Positions 16,149 through 24,583 of a DNA stretch of 32,000 bases are shown piece by piece. A program made the position numbers and the translations under genes. How positions within the stretch are numbered: the first letter of the stretch is position 1; the number at the start of each line of letters is the position of its first letter. Source of the DNA: an uncultured Chloroflexia bacterium (GTDB lineage: Bacteria > Chloroflexota > Anaerolineae > Anaerolineales > UBA11858); assembly GCA_963783765.1 (NCBI GenBank), contig CAWAOV010000006.1, positions 402,136-434,135 on the forward strand. The letters run 5' to 3'. Below the pieces are notes generated by a model that had not been told where the DNA came from, ran no database searches, and saw only the letters and a program-made list of their open reading frames with translations.

Positions 16149-17745
16149 AAAGATTCCCCTGACCCTTTACTACATGCCAGTAACCCGCTTCTATTATCCC
16201 AGTCCGAAAGAAATCGGCGAAGCTATGGCTGCCGATCTGGCGAATGCCGGATTTGACGTTCAGCTTGAACTGGCTGGCGACTGGCCCACCTACCTTGGTT
16301 TGCGCCGTGAGGGTAACCTCGATGGTCTCTACCAACTTGGTTGGGGTGGTGACAATGGTGACCCCGACAACTTCTTGAACTACTTCTTTGGATTTGCCGG
16401 TGCTGACAAGGTTGGAGACGATCCTTCAGCATGGGTAAAGAGCCCAGAAGCCCGGGAAGGTTGGTATGCCAATACTGATGTCGCCTACTTGCTCTATCAG
16501 GCGTCCATCACACCGGATCAGGCTGCAAGAGAGGCTATGTACAAGCAGGTCGAGAATCTACTTCACGATGATGTTGCCCGCCTCTGGGTAGCTCACAACA
16601 ATACTCCCCTGGTTTTCTCCAGTTTGGTCAGCGGTTATGTGCCGCAGCCTGTTGGAGCCGACTACTTTGAAGGTGTGACCGTTGAAGGTTCTGACACCTT
16701 TGTATTTGGTCGCGGCGGTGACTCCGTTCAGTTGGATCCCGCAGTTGTAACTGATGGTGAGAGCTTCCGTGTTACCGGACAGGTTCTGGAACCACTCTAT
16801 CAGTATGAACCGGGTTCCACCAAACCAATCCCCGCACTGGCTGAATCTTGCACCCCGAATGCAGAAAGCACTGAATGGGTATGTGCTCTTCGCCAAGGTG
16901 TGAAATTCCACGACGGAACAGACTTCAATGCTGCCGCAGTGGTCTTTAACTTTGAACGCCAGCGCTTTACGTCTCATCCCCAACACTATGAAAGCCAGGT
17001 GTATGAGTATTACGAATACATGTGGGGCGGCCTTGATGATGCGAGCATAATCACCTCAGTTGAAGCTATTGATGACTACACAGTGAAATTCGTGCTTGCA
17101 GAACCCCTGGCTCCGTTCTTGGCTAACTTGGCTATGGATATCTTTGCGATTTCCAGCCCAACAGCAATGGAAGCCGCTGGTGAAGACTATGGTCTTCCCT
17201 CCAATGGCGCAGTGGGAACAGGCCCCTTCAAGTTTGTGGAATGGGTAGAAGGCGATCACATCACAGTTGAAGCAAATGCCGACTACTGGGGTGGCGCGCC
17301 TGGTGTAGAGCAGATTGTGTTCAGAGTCATTGCTGATGACTCCGCTCGCTTCCTGGCTTTGCAGGCTGGCGATATCCAGGGTTTTGAACAGGCCGTGGTA
17401 GAAGATCTGGTCACTGCTGAAGCCGCTGATGACCTTTATGTTATGACCAGACCAGCCCTCAATACCGGCTATCTGGCCTTCAGCTACAAGATTGTTGAAT
17501 TCCAGGATGTCCGAGTTCGTGAGGCACTTGCCCACGCCATCAACCGTGAAGGATTAATCGAAAACTTCTACGGTGCCTATGGTGAAGCTGCAACCAACTT
17601 CCTGCCCCCGTTGATCTGGGGCCATGATAATACTATCGTGGATTGGGAATATGATCCTGAACTGTCACGCTCGTTGCTGGCAGAAGCTGGATTCCCTGAT
17701 GGACTCAGCGAAGTTACCATTGACCCCGCCTTTGTGACCGAGTAA
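16108..17745 (+). CDS. ABC transporter substrate-binding protein, family 5 (DppA/OppA-like), circularly permuted and lacking an in-frame signal peptide
   Basis: 545-aa ORF. Residues 15-193 match the C-terminal third of DppA-type proteins (GWGGDNGDPDNF ... YFEGVTVE). Residues 194-545 match the mature N-terminus through the middle (DSVQLDPA, LAESCTPNAESTEWVCALRQGVKFHDG, GTGPFKF, DPELSRSLLAEAGFPDG). Confidence 0.8.
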   Translation: MAEEEEMAEEVMGEKIPLTLYYMPVTRFYYPSPKEIGEAMAADLANAGFDVQLELAGDWPTYLGLRREGNLDGLYQLGWGGDNGDPDNFLNYFFGFAGADKVGDDPSAWVKSPEAREGWYANTDVAYLLYQASITPDQAAREAMYKQVENLLHDDVARLWVAHNNTPLVFSSLVSGYVPQPVGADYFEGVTVEGSDTFVFGRGGDSVQLDPAVVTDGESFRVTGQVLEPLYQYEPGSTKPIPALAESCTPNAESTEWVCALRQGVKFHDGTDFNAAAVVFNFERQRFTSHPQHYESQVYEYYEYMWGGLDDASIITSVEAIDDYTVKFVLAEPLAPFLANLAMDIFAISSPTAMEAAGEDYGLPSNGAVGTGPFKFVEWVEGDHITVEANADYWGGAPGVEQIVFRVIADDSARFLALQAGDIQGFEQAVVEDLVTAEAADDLYVMTRPALNTGYLAFSYKIVEFQDVRVREALAHAINREGLIENFYGAYGEAATNFLPPLIWGHDNTIVDWEYDPELSRSLLAEAGFPDGLSEVTIDPAFVTE

Positions 17746-17804
17746 CCATCTTAGGAAATAGAAATTCCTGAAAGTAAAAGGTTAGGTCAATCTGTTGTAA
17801 AAAA

Positions 17805-17836
17805 AGGAGGGGCGTTAACCCGCCCCTCCTTTCTGT
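17805..17836 (+). terminator. Attenuator-type hairpin between binding-protein and permease genes
   Basis: Perfect 10-bp GC-rich stem AGGAGGGGCG / CGCCCCTCCT with a 6-nt loop, followed by TTCTGT (a weak U-tract). Confidence 0.5.
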
Positions 17837-17858
17837 AAGGAATTATTGGAGGTCTTCT

Positions 17859-18911
17859 TTGACTCGCTATATTATTCGACGAATAATCTCTGTGATCCCC
17901 ACTTTAATTGGGGTCACCTTTGTAATCTTCATGTTCCAGCGCTTGATCCCTGGAGATCCGGCAATTGCTATGCTGGGGGAGCATGCGACCGATGAGAGCA
18001 TCGAACGGATCCAAGAGCAATTGGGTCTCAATCGCCCTCCGTTCCTGGATCGGGAAGCACTGGCGGAAGGAGACCTGGCTGGTTTTTTTGACAGTCAATA
18101 CATTAATTACATGGCTCGTCTCAGCCGGTTAGATCTGGGAGATTCAATTCACCGGCGGATCCCTGTGCTGGAAACACTAAAATTGAGATTCCCGGCAACG
18201 GTTGAGCTATCGTTACTTTCCATGATCATCGCCGTAATGGTAGGTATACCGGTAGGAATAATTTCCGCTTCCCGCAGGAACTCCCTGATTGACAGCGTCG
18301 CCATGGTGAGTTCTCTTGTGGGAGTTTCAATGCCCATATTTTGGCTGGGATTAATGGAAATCATGCTCTTTGCTGTGTTCTTAAAATGGCTTCCTGCTGG
18401 TGCTCGATTAAGTACCGGGTTTGAAATACAGGGAATCACTAATTTATACTTGGTTGATAGTCTAATAACTGGCAATTGGGCAGGATTTAAAGATGCTCTG
18501 TCTCATATTATTATGCCCGCAGTGGCCCTGGCAACCATTCCAATGGGGATTATTGCTAGAATGACGCGCTCCAGCATGTTAGATGTGCTCCAGGAGGATT
18601 ACATCCGAACTGCCAGGGCAAAAGGATTGGGAGGAAGAAAGGTGCTGTTTAGGCATGCCCTTAAGAATGCCGCCTTACCGGTAGTCACAATCGTTGGTCT
18701 CCAGGCAGGCACATTATTGGCAGGAGCTGTCTTAACCGAAACAATATTTTCCTGGCCTGGGATTGGCCGTTGGGTTTATGATGCCATTCTTGGCCGGGAT
18801 TACCCCATCGTGCAGGGTGGCACCTTGTTAATTGCGCTGATATTTGTTGGTGTAAATTTGATTGTAGATATTTTATATGCACTGCTGGATCCAAGGATCC
18901 GGTATAAATAA
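17859..18911 (+). CDS. Peptide/nickel-family ABC transporter permease (DppB/OppB-like)
   Basis: 350-aa ORF with a TTG start 6 nt after GGAGG. The N-terminus is typical (YIIRRIISVIPTLIGVTFVIF), and the C-terminal half carries an EAA-like region (YIRTARAKGL). Confidence 0.9.
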   Translation: MTRYIIRRIISVIPTLIGVTFVIFMFQRLIPGDPAIAMLGEHATDESIERIQEQLGLNRPPFLDREALAEGDLAGFFDSQYINYMARLSRLDLGDSIHRRIPVLETLKLRFPATVELSLLSMIIAVMVGIPVGIISASRRNSLIDSVAMVSSLVGVSMPIFWLGLMEIMLFAVFLKWLPAGARLSTGFEIQGITNLYLVDSLITGNWAGFKDALSHIIMPAVALATIPMGIIARMTRSSMLDVLQEDYIRTARAKGLGGRKVLFRHALKNAALPVVTIVGLQAGTLLAGAVLTETIFSWPGIGRWVYDAILGRDYPIVQGGTLLIALIFVGVNLIVDILYALLDPRIRYK

Positions 18912-18920
18912 GGAAGCTTT

Positions 18921-20150
18921 ATGGCACAGATCAATCCGGAAGAGTTTATAGTAACTGATTTTGCGGTTCGGGAACATCGCTCCTTATGGGGTGATGCCTG
19001 GCGGCGGTTGATATCCAGCAATACAGCCCGATTGGGGATGTTTATTGTGGTCCTTTTTGTATTCTCGGCAACTTTTTCGCATTATTTTTGGAAGTATGAA
19101 CCCAAAAAAGACCTGGACTATTCCTTAAAACTCAAAGCGCCCAACCTGGTGGTGACAGAAGAAATCCCCTCTATCCATCCCTTTGGAACTGATAAATTGG
19201 GACGGGATATCTTTCGAAGAGTTATTCATGGCGGCTGGAATTCCTTACGGGTTGGTATTGTGGCTGTCGGGATCTCGTTATTATTTGGAGGGGTAATTGG
19301 TTTGCTGACCGGTTTTTATGAATCCACTACCATGACAACAGTGGAGCGGATTGTGTTATACGGCATAACGGGTTTCTTGCTGGGTATGTTGGCTGCCTGG
19401 ATTGCGAACCAGTTTCTCCAACTGGTTATTTTTACTGTCTTAGGTTTATTGGCTGGTTATTTCGAAGGATTGTGGGCAGGAAAATATTACCGGGTGTTAT
19501 TTTTTGGAGTCCTGGGAGCCCTGCTCAGTTTTGGACTTGCTCTGTTTGTTGGACTGTCTGTCGCGCTAATTTGCGGTTCACTGGGTTTGTTAGCAGGATT
19601 GCTGTTATCCGTGACTTTGGATGGAAGGTTTTTCTCGAATGTAATGATGCGAGTGATGGATATGATTTTATCCTTCCCTGGTTATTTATTGGCAATCGCC
19701 ATTGTTGCCTTTTTAGGACCTGGCCTTAGTAAGGGTATGATTGCCATCGGTGTTGTTGGAATACCGGTTTATGCCCGACTAACCCGATCAGCGGTCTTAT
19801 CTGTGGTGAATAAGGAGTACATCCTGGCAGCCCATTCCGTGGGAGAATCCCATGGCCGGATCATCTTCAGGCATATCACCCCCAATATTCTTTCCCCGAT
19901 TATTGTACAAACGACCATGGGATTGGCAAATGCGATCCTGTCCGCGGCAGCTCTTGGTTTCCTGGGATTGGGCGCCATTCCACCGGAACCAGAATGGGGA
20001 GCTATGTTGGGTGATAGCTACCGATATTTAACCAGCGGTGCCTGGTGGGCGGTTTTATTCCCCGGCCTGGCAATTATGCTGAGTGTGCTGGGCTTTAATT
20101 TACTGGGAGATGGCCTCCGCGATGCGCTAGATCCTAAACTGCGGACGTAG
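18921..20150 (+). CDS. Peptide/nickel-family ABC transporter permease (DppC/OppC-like) with ~100-aa hydrophobic insertion
   Basis: 409-aa ORF. The flanks are collinear with DppC (HPFGTDKLGRD...GLLTGFY // MMRVMDMILSFP...LGDGLRDALDPKLR). An extra segment spans aa 134-234. Confidence 0.9.
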   Translation: MAQINPEEFIVTDFAVREHRSLWGDAWRRLISSNTARLGMFIVVLFVFSATFSHYFWKYEPKKDLDYSLKLKAPNLVVTEEIPSIHPFGTDKLGRDIFRRVIHGGWNSLRVGIVAVGISLLFGGVIGLLTGFYESTTMTTVERIVLYGITGFLLGMLAAWIANQFLQLVIFTVLGLLAGYFEGLWAGKYYRVLFFGVLGALLSFGLALFVGLSVALICGSLGLLAGLLLSVTLDGRFFSNVMMRVMDMILSFPGYLLAIAIVAFLGPGLSKGMIAIGVVGIPVYARLTRSAVLSVVNKEYILAAHSVGESHGRIIFRHITPNILSPIIVQTTMGLANAILSAAALGFLGLGAIPPEPEWGAMLGDSYRYLTSGAWWAVLFPGLAIMLSVLGFNLLGDGLRDALDPKLRT

Positions 20151-20160
20151 GAAAAATGAT

Positions 20161-21156
20161 ATGAAACCATTATTAGAGATTAAAAGCTTAAAAACCCGAT
20201 TCTATACCCAGGACGGCGTTGTTAAAGCGGTAAACGATGTATCCTATTCCATGAATAGTGGTGAGATCCTTGGCGTGGTTGGAGAAAGTGGTTGTGGCAA
20301 AAGCGTTCATGCCCTTTCCATGATGCAGCTGATCCCGGATCCTCCTGGAAAGATCACCCAGGGAGAAGTCTGGCTGGACGGGCAGGATCTGCTTACACTA
20401 TCAGAAGAGGAGATGCAAGAAGTCCGCGGCCGAGATATTGCCATGATCTTCCAGGACCCGATGACCTCATTGAACCCAGTTTTTACGGTTGGGTTTCAGA
20501 TCATCGAGGCAATCCAGCTTCACACTGATATGACTCACGATGAAGCGAAACACCGGGCAGGAGAGCTGCTGGAATTGGTGGGTATTCCAGGTTCAAAAGA
20601 CCGCCTTGATGATTATCCACATCAATTCTCTGGCGGCATGCGACAGCGAGCAATGATAGCAATGGGATTGTCCTGTGAGCCAAAACTTTTGATAGCAGAC
20701 GAACCTACCACAGCGCTGGATGTCACCATCCAGGCCCAGATCATTGACCTGGTTAATAAACTTCAGGTTGAATTGGGTATGGCAATCATGTGGATCACCC
20801 ATGACCTGGGGGTGGTGGCAGAACTTGCCCATAACATCAATGTGATGTATGCTGGTTCTATCATCGAAACCGGAAAAATCCGTAATATATATAAAAATAC
20901 AAGGCATCCTTATACAATAGGTTTGCTGGGATCACTGCCGAGGCTCAATGATGCCCCGGGGACCGAGTTGATGTCGATTCCAGGGCTGCCGCCAGATTTG
21001 CTTGCCCTTCCGGGAGGCTGTCCTTTTGCGGCCCGCTGTGAATATCGGGTTGAGCAGTGCGTGGTAGAGAATCCACCGCTGGTAGAAATTGATGGACCAG
21101 ATCATTCTGCCGCTTGTTGGCGATGGGAAGAGATAGCAGGGATAGAGTCAAAATGA
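20161..21156 (+). CDS. ABC transporter ATP-binding protein (DppD/OppD-like)
   Basis: 331-aa ORF with Walker A GESGCGKS, signature FSGGMRQR, Walker [13 protein letters not shown], and the C-terminal oligopeptide-type Cys-containing extension. Confidence 0.9.
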   Translation: MKPLLEIKSLKTRFYTQDGVVKAVNDVSYSMNSGEILGVVGESGCGKSVHALSMMQLIPDPPGKITQGEVWLDGQDLLTLSEEEMQEVRGRDIAMIFQDPMTSLNPVFTVGFQIIEAIQLHTDMTHDEAKHRAGELLELVGIPGSKDRLDDYPHQFSGGMRQRAMIAMGLSCEPKLLIADEPTTALDVTIQAQIIDLVNKLQVELGMAIMWITHDLGVVAELAHNINVMYAGSIIETGKIRNIYKNTRHPYTIGLLGSLPRLNDAPGTELMSIPGLPPDLLALPGGCPFAARCEYRVEQCVVENPPLVEIDGPDHSAACWRWEEIAGIESK

Positions 21157-22136
21157 AAGCTGAGAATAAAAAACTACTCGAAATTAAAAATTTAAAGAAA
21201 TACTTCTCGGGTTCAGAAGGGCAGTTATTTAAATCCAGCAATGATGTGAAAGCGGTTGATGATGTCAGTTTTGATATTTATCAGAAGGAAACGCTGGGAT
21301 TGGTGGGTGAAACCGGCTGCGGTAAAACAACAGTAGGTCGAACTATGCTGCATTTATATAAACCGACCGGGGGAAAAATCCTGTTTGACGGAGTTGATTT
21401 AAACTCCCTTGGAGAAAGGGATCTACGCCGTCAGCGCAGTAAAATGCAGATGATCTTCCAGGATCCCTATGCGTCCCTAAACCCGCGCATGACGGTTGGG
21501 TCTATTGTAGGATCTCCCCTGGATGTGCACACAAAACAGAGCAGAAAAGATAAACAGGATCGTGTGCAGGATTTATTGGATATTGTTGGATTAAATCCGG
21601 ATTTTGTCAACCGCTATCCCCATGAATTCTCTGGAGGCCAGCGGCAAAGAATCGGCATAGCCCGGGCCCTGGCACTGAATCCCGAATTTGTGGTATGTGA
21701 TGAACCTATCTCCTCATTGGATGTATCTATCCAGGCCCAGGTCGTAAATTTACTGGAAGATCTGCAAAAAAAATTAGGTCTGACCTACCTGTTTATCGCG
21801 CACGATTTGAGTATGGTCCGCCATATTAGTGACCGTATGGCTGTCATGTACCTGGGAAAAATTATGGAATTAGCAGATCGGGATGAGATCTTTTTGAATT
21901 CTCTTCATCCCTATACTCAGGCCTTGATGTCTGCTGTGCCAATTCCTGATCCAGATTTAGCCGAGGAAAAAGAGCGGATCATCTTGGATGGAGATATTCC
22001 CAATCCTGCCAATCCGCCAGTGGGCTGTAATTTTAATACTCGTTGTCCAGTAGCCACCGATATTTGTTTTAAAGAAGAGCCAGAATATCTGGAAGTAAAA
22101 GATAAACACTGGGTAGCATGCCACTTGGTGAAATAA
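21153..22136 (+). CDS. ABC transporter ATP-binding protein (DppF/OppF-like)
   Basis: ATG 21153 overlaps the upstream stop (ATGA). Walker A GETGCGKT, signature FSGGQRQR, Walker [12 protein letters not shown]. The longer ORF from 21114 would overlap dppD by 43 nt. Confidence 0.9.
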   Translation: MKAENKKLLEIKNLKKYFSGSEGQLFKSSNDVKAVDDVSFDIYQKETLGLVGETGCGKTTVGRTMLHLYKPTGGKILFDGVDLNSLGERDLRRQRSKMQMIFQDPYASLNPRMTVGSIVGSPLDVHTKQSRKDKQDRVQDLLDIVGLNPDFVNRYPHEFSGGQRQRIGIARALALNPEFVVCDEPISSLDVSIQAQVVNLLEDLQKKLGLTYLFIAHDLSMVRHISDRMAVMYLGKIMELADRDEIFLNSLHPYTQALMSAVPIPDPDLAEEKERIILDGDIPNPANPPVGCNFNTRCPVATDICFKEEPEYLEVKDKHWVACHLVK

Positions 22137-22171
22137 ACATGTCCAGTAGGACTTATTTCTAAAGGATTTAG

Positions 22172-22209
22172 ACCCTCCTGGTGTATTTACTGGGAGGGTT
22201 TTGATTTGA
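22172..22209 (+). terminator. Rho-independent terminator after the transporter ATPase genes
   Basis: ACCCTCC / GGAGGGT stem followed by TTTTGATTT. Confidence 0.6.
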
Positions 22210-22246
22210 TCACGTTAGAGAAGAAGTTAATGTGGAGCTAGATATT

Positions 22247-23275
22247 ATGGACTTTGGCCCTAGGCTTTCCTGCGAGGTTTTCACCCTGAAATTGCATCAC
22301 CCTTTTCGACTCTCAACAGGAGTAAGTACAACACGGACAGCTCATTGGATCCGGCTTGAGGACGATCAGGGCTGGGGGGAGGGCACAATACCTCCTTACT
22401 ACAATATCAGTGATCATGATATGCAGGCGTTGTGGGAGGGAAAATCTCACAGTAAGGAACCCTTTCCGGATGATCCCGGTGAGATATCTAGCTGGGTTGG
22501 GGAGGATGGTCCTGCGCCAGCAAGGGCGGCATTGGATTTGGCCCTGCATGACAGGATTGGTAAAAACCGCTCGCTTCCTCTTTATCAACTTTTAAATCTA
22601 CCGGCTCCAATTCCTTTTTCAACAGCTTTCACAATTGCGATATCAGAACCCGAAGAAATGGCACAAATGGCGCTGGACCATCCGGAGTTCCCGCTGATTA
22701 AGCTAAAACTTGGCAGTGAGGACGATATCAGCCGAGTGGCCGCAGTTCGAAAAGCCAGGCCTGATGTGAGATTGTTCGTTGATGCAAACGCTGCCTGGGA
22801 ACCAGATGAGGCTGTCCGCATGATCAAGGAGATAACTCCGTTTGGGATCGAAATGGTCGAACAGCCTGTCGGCGGAGATGATATTGATGGGCTGGGACAT
22901 GTGCAAAGCCATACTACAATCCCGATCGTTGCAGATGAATCCTTGACTTCATTGTCATCACTTGAGGAATTGGCTAAAAACGGAGTGCAGGGTATCAACC
23001 TGAAACTTATGAAGCTCGGAGGATTGGGACCAACTCTTAAACTTCTCCACCGGGGCCGTGAACTGGGTTTCAGGATCATGCTGGGGTGCATGACGGAAAC
23101 TTCCCTTGGAGTGACAGCTATGTCTCACTTGGCTGCCTTTGCAGAGTGGCATGACCTGGATGCGCCTTTGCTGATCAAAAATGATCCCTTTGAGGGTGTT
23201 CAGTATGACCAGGTGCGTGTATCTTTGCCGGATCGGCCGGGAATTGGTATTATAAGGAGGGTCAATCCAAGTTGA
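22247..23275 (+). CDS. Enolase-superfamily dipeptide epimerase (L-Ala-D/L-Glu epimerase-like)
   Basis: The ORF opens at GTG 22232, but ATG 22247 has GGAG 9 nt upstream. It carries the MR/MLE-subgroup motifs: KxK (LIKLKLG), metal ligands (VDANAAW, VEQP, VADES) and a second catalytic Lys (NLKLMKLGG). Confidence 0.75.
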   Translation: MDFGPRLSCEVFTLKLHHPFRLSTGVSTTRTAHWIRLEDDQGWGEGTIPPYYNISDHDMQALWEGKSHSKEPFPDDPGEISSWVGEDGPAPARAALDLALHDRIGKNRSLPLYQLLNLPAPIPFSTAFTIAISEPEEMAQMALDHPEFPLIKLKLGSEDDISRVAAVRKARPDVRLFVDANAAWEPDEAVRMIKEITPFGIEMVEQPVGGDDIDGLGHVQSHTTIPIVADESLTSLSSLEELAKNGVQGINLKLMKLGGLGPTLKLLHRGRELGFRIMLGCMTETSLGVTAMSHLAAFAEWHDLDAPLLIKNDPFEGVQYDQVRVSLPDRPGIGIIRRVNPS

Positions 23276-23352
23276 TCTTCAGCCAGACGGCAGCGAAACA
23301 CCCTAAAAATACCCTTTTCAGATAGTAAATTGGTTCGTTTAACAAGAATTAA

Positions 23353-23381
23353 TTGACATTATATCAACCGCAGACTACAAT
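23353..23381 (+). promoter_or_regulatory. Sigma-70-type promoter for coaE-cdaA-cdaR
   Basis: TTGACA (23353-23358), a 17-nt spacer, then TACAAT (23376-23381), about 45 nt upstream of the coaE ATG. Confidence 0.5.
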
Positions 23382-23424
23382 GTAGATTGACTGAGGTTAT
23401 GGCCCAAATCGGTTAGGAGGAGTC

Positions 23425-24558
23425 ATGAGTGCCTGGCGCGGAAAATATGCCATTGGGTTAACCGGAAATATAGCAACCGGAAAGAGTGTGGTCCGGAAGA
23501 TGCTTGAGCATCTGGGCGCATACGGTATTGACGCGGATGTGCTCTCTCACCGTGCCATAATGAAGTCTTCACCGGGATATCAGCCCGTGATCGATACCTT
23601 TGGGCAGTGGGTTTTGGGGGCAAATGGAGAAATTGACCGGAACAAATTAGGTGAATTGGTGTTTAAGAATCCAGACGCGATGATGCGGTTGGAGACAATC
23701 ATCCATCCTCTCGTTAGACAGGCACTGGATGTGCTGGTCAATAAAACTTCCCATCCGATTGTTGTTGTTGAGGCCATCAAATTGCTGGAATCCGACATGC
23801 ACAACTTGTGTGATCAAGTTTGGGTGACCATGTCCTCAACAGATCTTCAGTTGGAAAGGTTGATCGATAAGCGGAGCATGACCCGGCGTGAGGCAGAGGA
23901 CCGTATCAATGCCCAACTGCCGGCAACAGCAAAACTGACCAAAGCGGATGTGGTCATTGAGAATGATGGATCATTTGAAAAGACCTGGAAACAAGTATAT
24001 GACGCCTGGCAGGTCATCACCCAGGAAAAGCCCGGGTTTACGCCGGTGCCAAGCAAGTCATATGGCAAACTGGATGTGCGCAGGGCAACACCGGAATCCG
24101 CTGAACAAATCGCTGTTTATATGAGTGCTCACAGTCGCGCAAAGCGGAAGATGACAAAAGACGATATTATGGCTGCTTTTGGCGAGAAGGCTTATATGCT
24201 GCTGATGTCGGATGAAGAGATTATCGGATTGTTAGGCTGGCAGGTTGAAAACCTGATCACAAGGGTTGATGATGTCATGTTGAATGAAGGATTGGCGTTC
24301 CAGAATGGTTTGGAAGCCCTGATGAGCTTTGTGGAGGACTCCTCCAAGGAGCTCCAGAGCGAGGCTGCCCTTCTGTTCCTGCCGCCGTCTCTGGCTCAAC
24401 ATGAGAATCTGTGGAGCGGTCTTGGATATCAGGCCAGAACAGTAAAAGATCTCCAGGTGAAGGCCTGGCAGAATGCAGTTATGGAATCCATGCCTCCAGG
24501 CACAGTCCTGCTCTTCAAACAGCTTAGAAAGGATCGGATTTTACGTCCGATGCAGTAA
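23425..24558 (+). CDS. coaE: Dephospho-CoA kinase with ~170-aa C-terminal extension
   Basis: AGGAGG SD. The N-terminal roughly 200 aa are CoaE-like (IGLTGNIATGKS P-loop, DADVLSH, IIHPLV). The C-terminal part (from about nt 24040) is not part of canonical CoaE. Confidence 0.8.
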   Translation: MSAWRGKYAIGLTGNIATGKSVVRKMLEHLGAYGIDADVLSHRAIMKSSPGYQPVIDTFGQWVLGANGEIDRNKLGELVFKNPDAMMRLETIIHPLVRQALDVLVNKTSHPIVVVEAIKLLESDMHNLCDQVWVTMSSTDLQLERLIDKRSMTRREAEDRINAQLPATAKLTKADVVIENDGSFEKTWKQVYDAWQVITQEKPGFTPVPSKSYGKLDVRRATPESAEQIAVYMSAHSRAKRKMTKDDIMAAFGEKAYMLLMSDEEIIGLLGWQVENLITRVDDVMLNEGLAFQNGLEALMSFVEDSSKELQSEAALLFLPPSLAQHENLWSGLGYQARTVKDLQVKAWQNAVMESMPPGTVLLFKQLRKDRILRPMQ

Positions 24559-24583
24559 TTATTTCTTCATCAGGTAGATCGAA

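Noticed and set aside
21114-21152. A longer start for the DppF-like ATPase, as given in the ORF track.
   Set aside because: It would overlap dppD by 43 nt and add a non-conserved N-terminus. ATG 21153 gives the classic ATGA stop-start overlap and a normal distance to Walker A.
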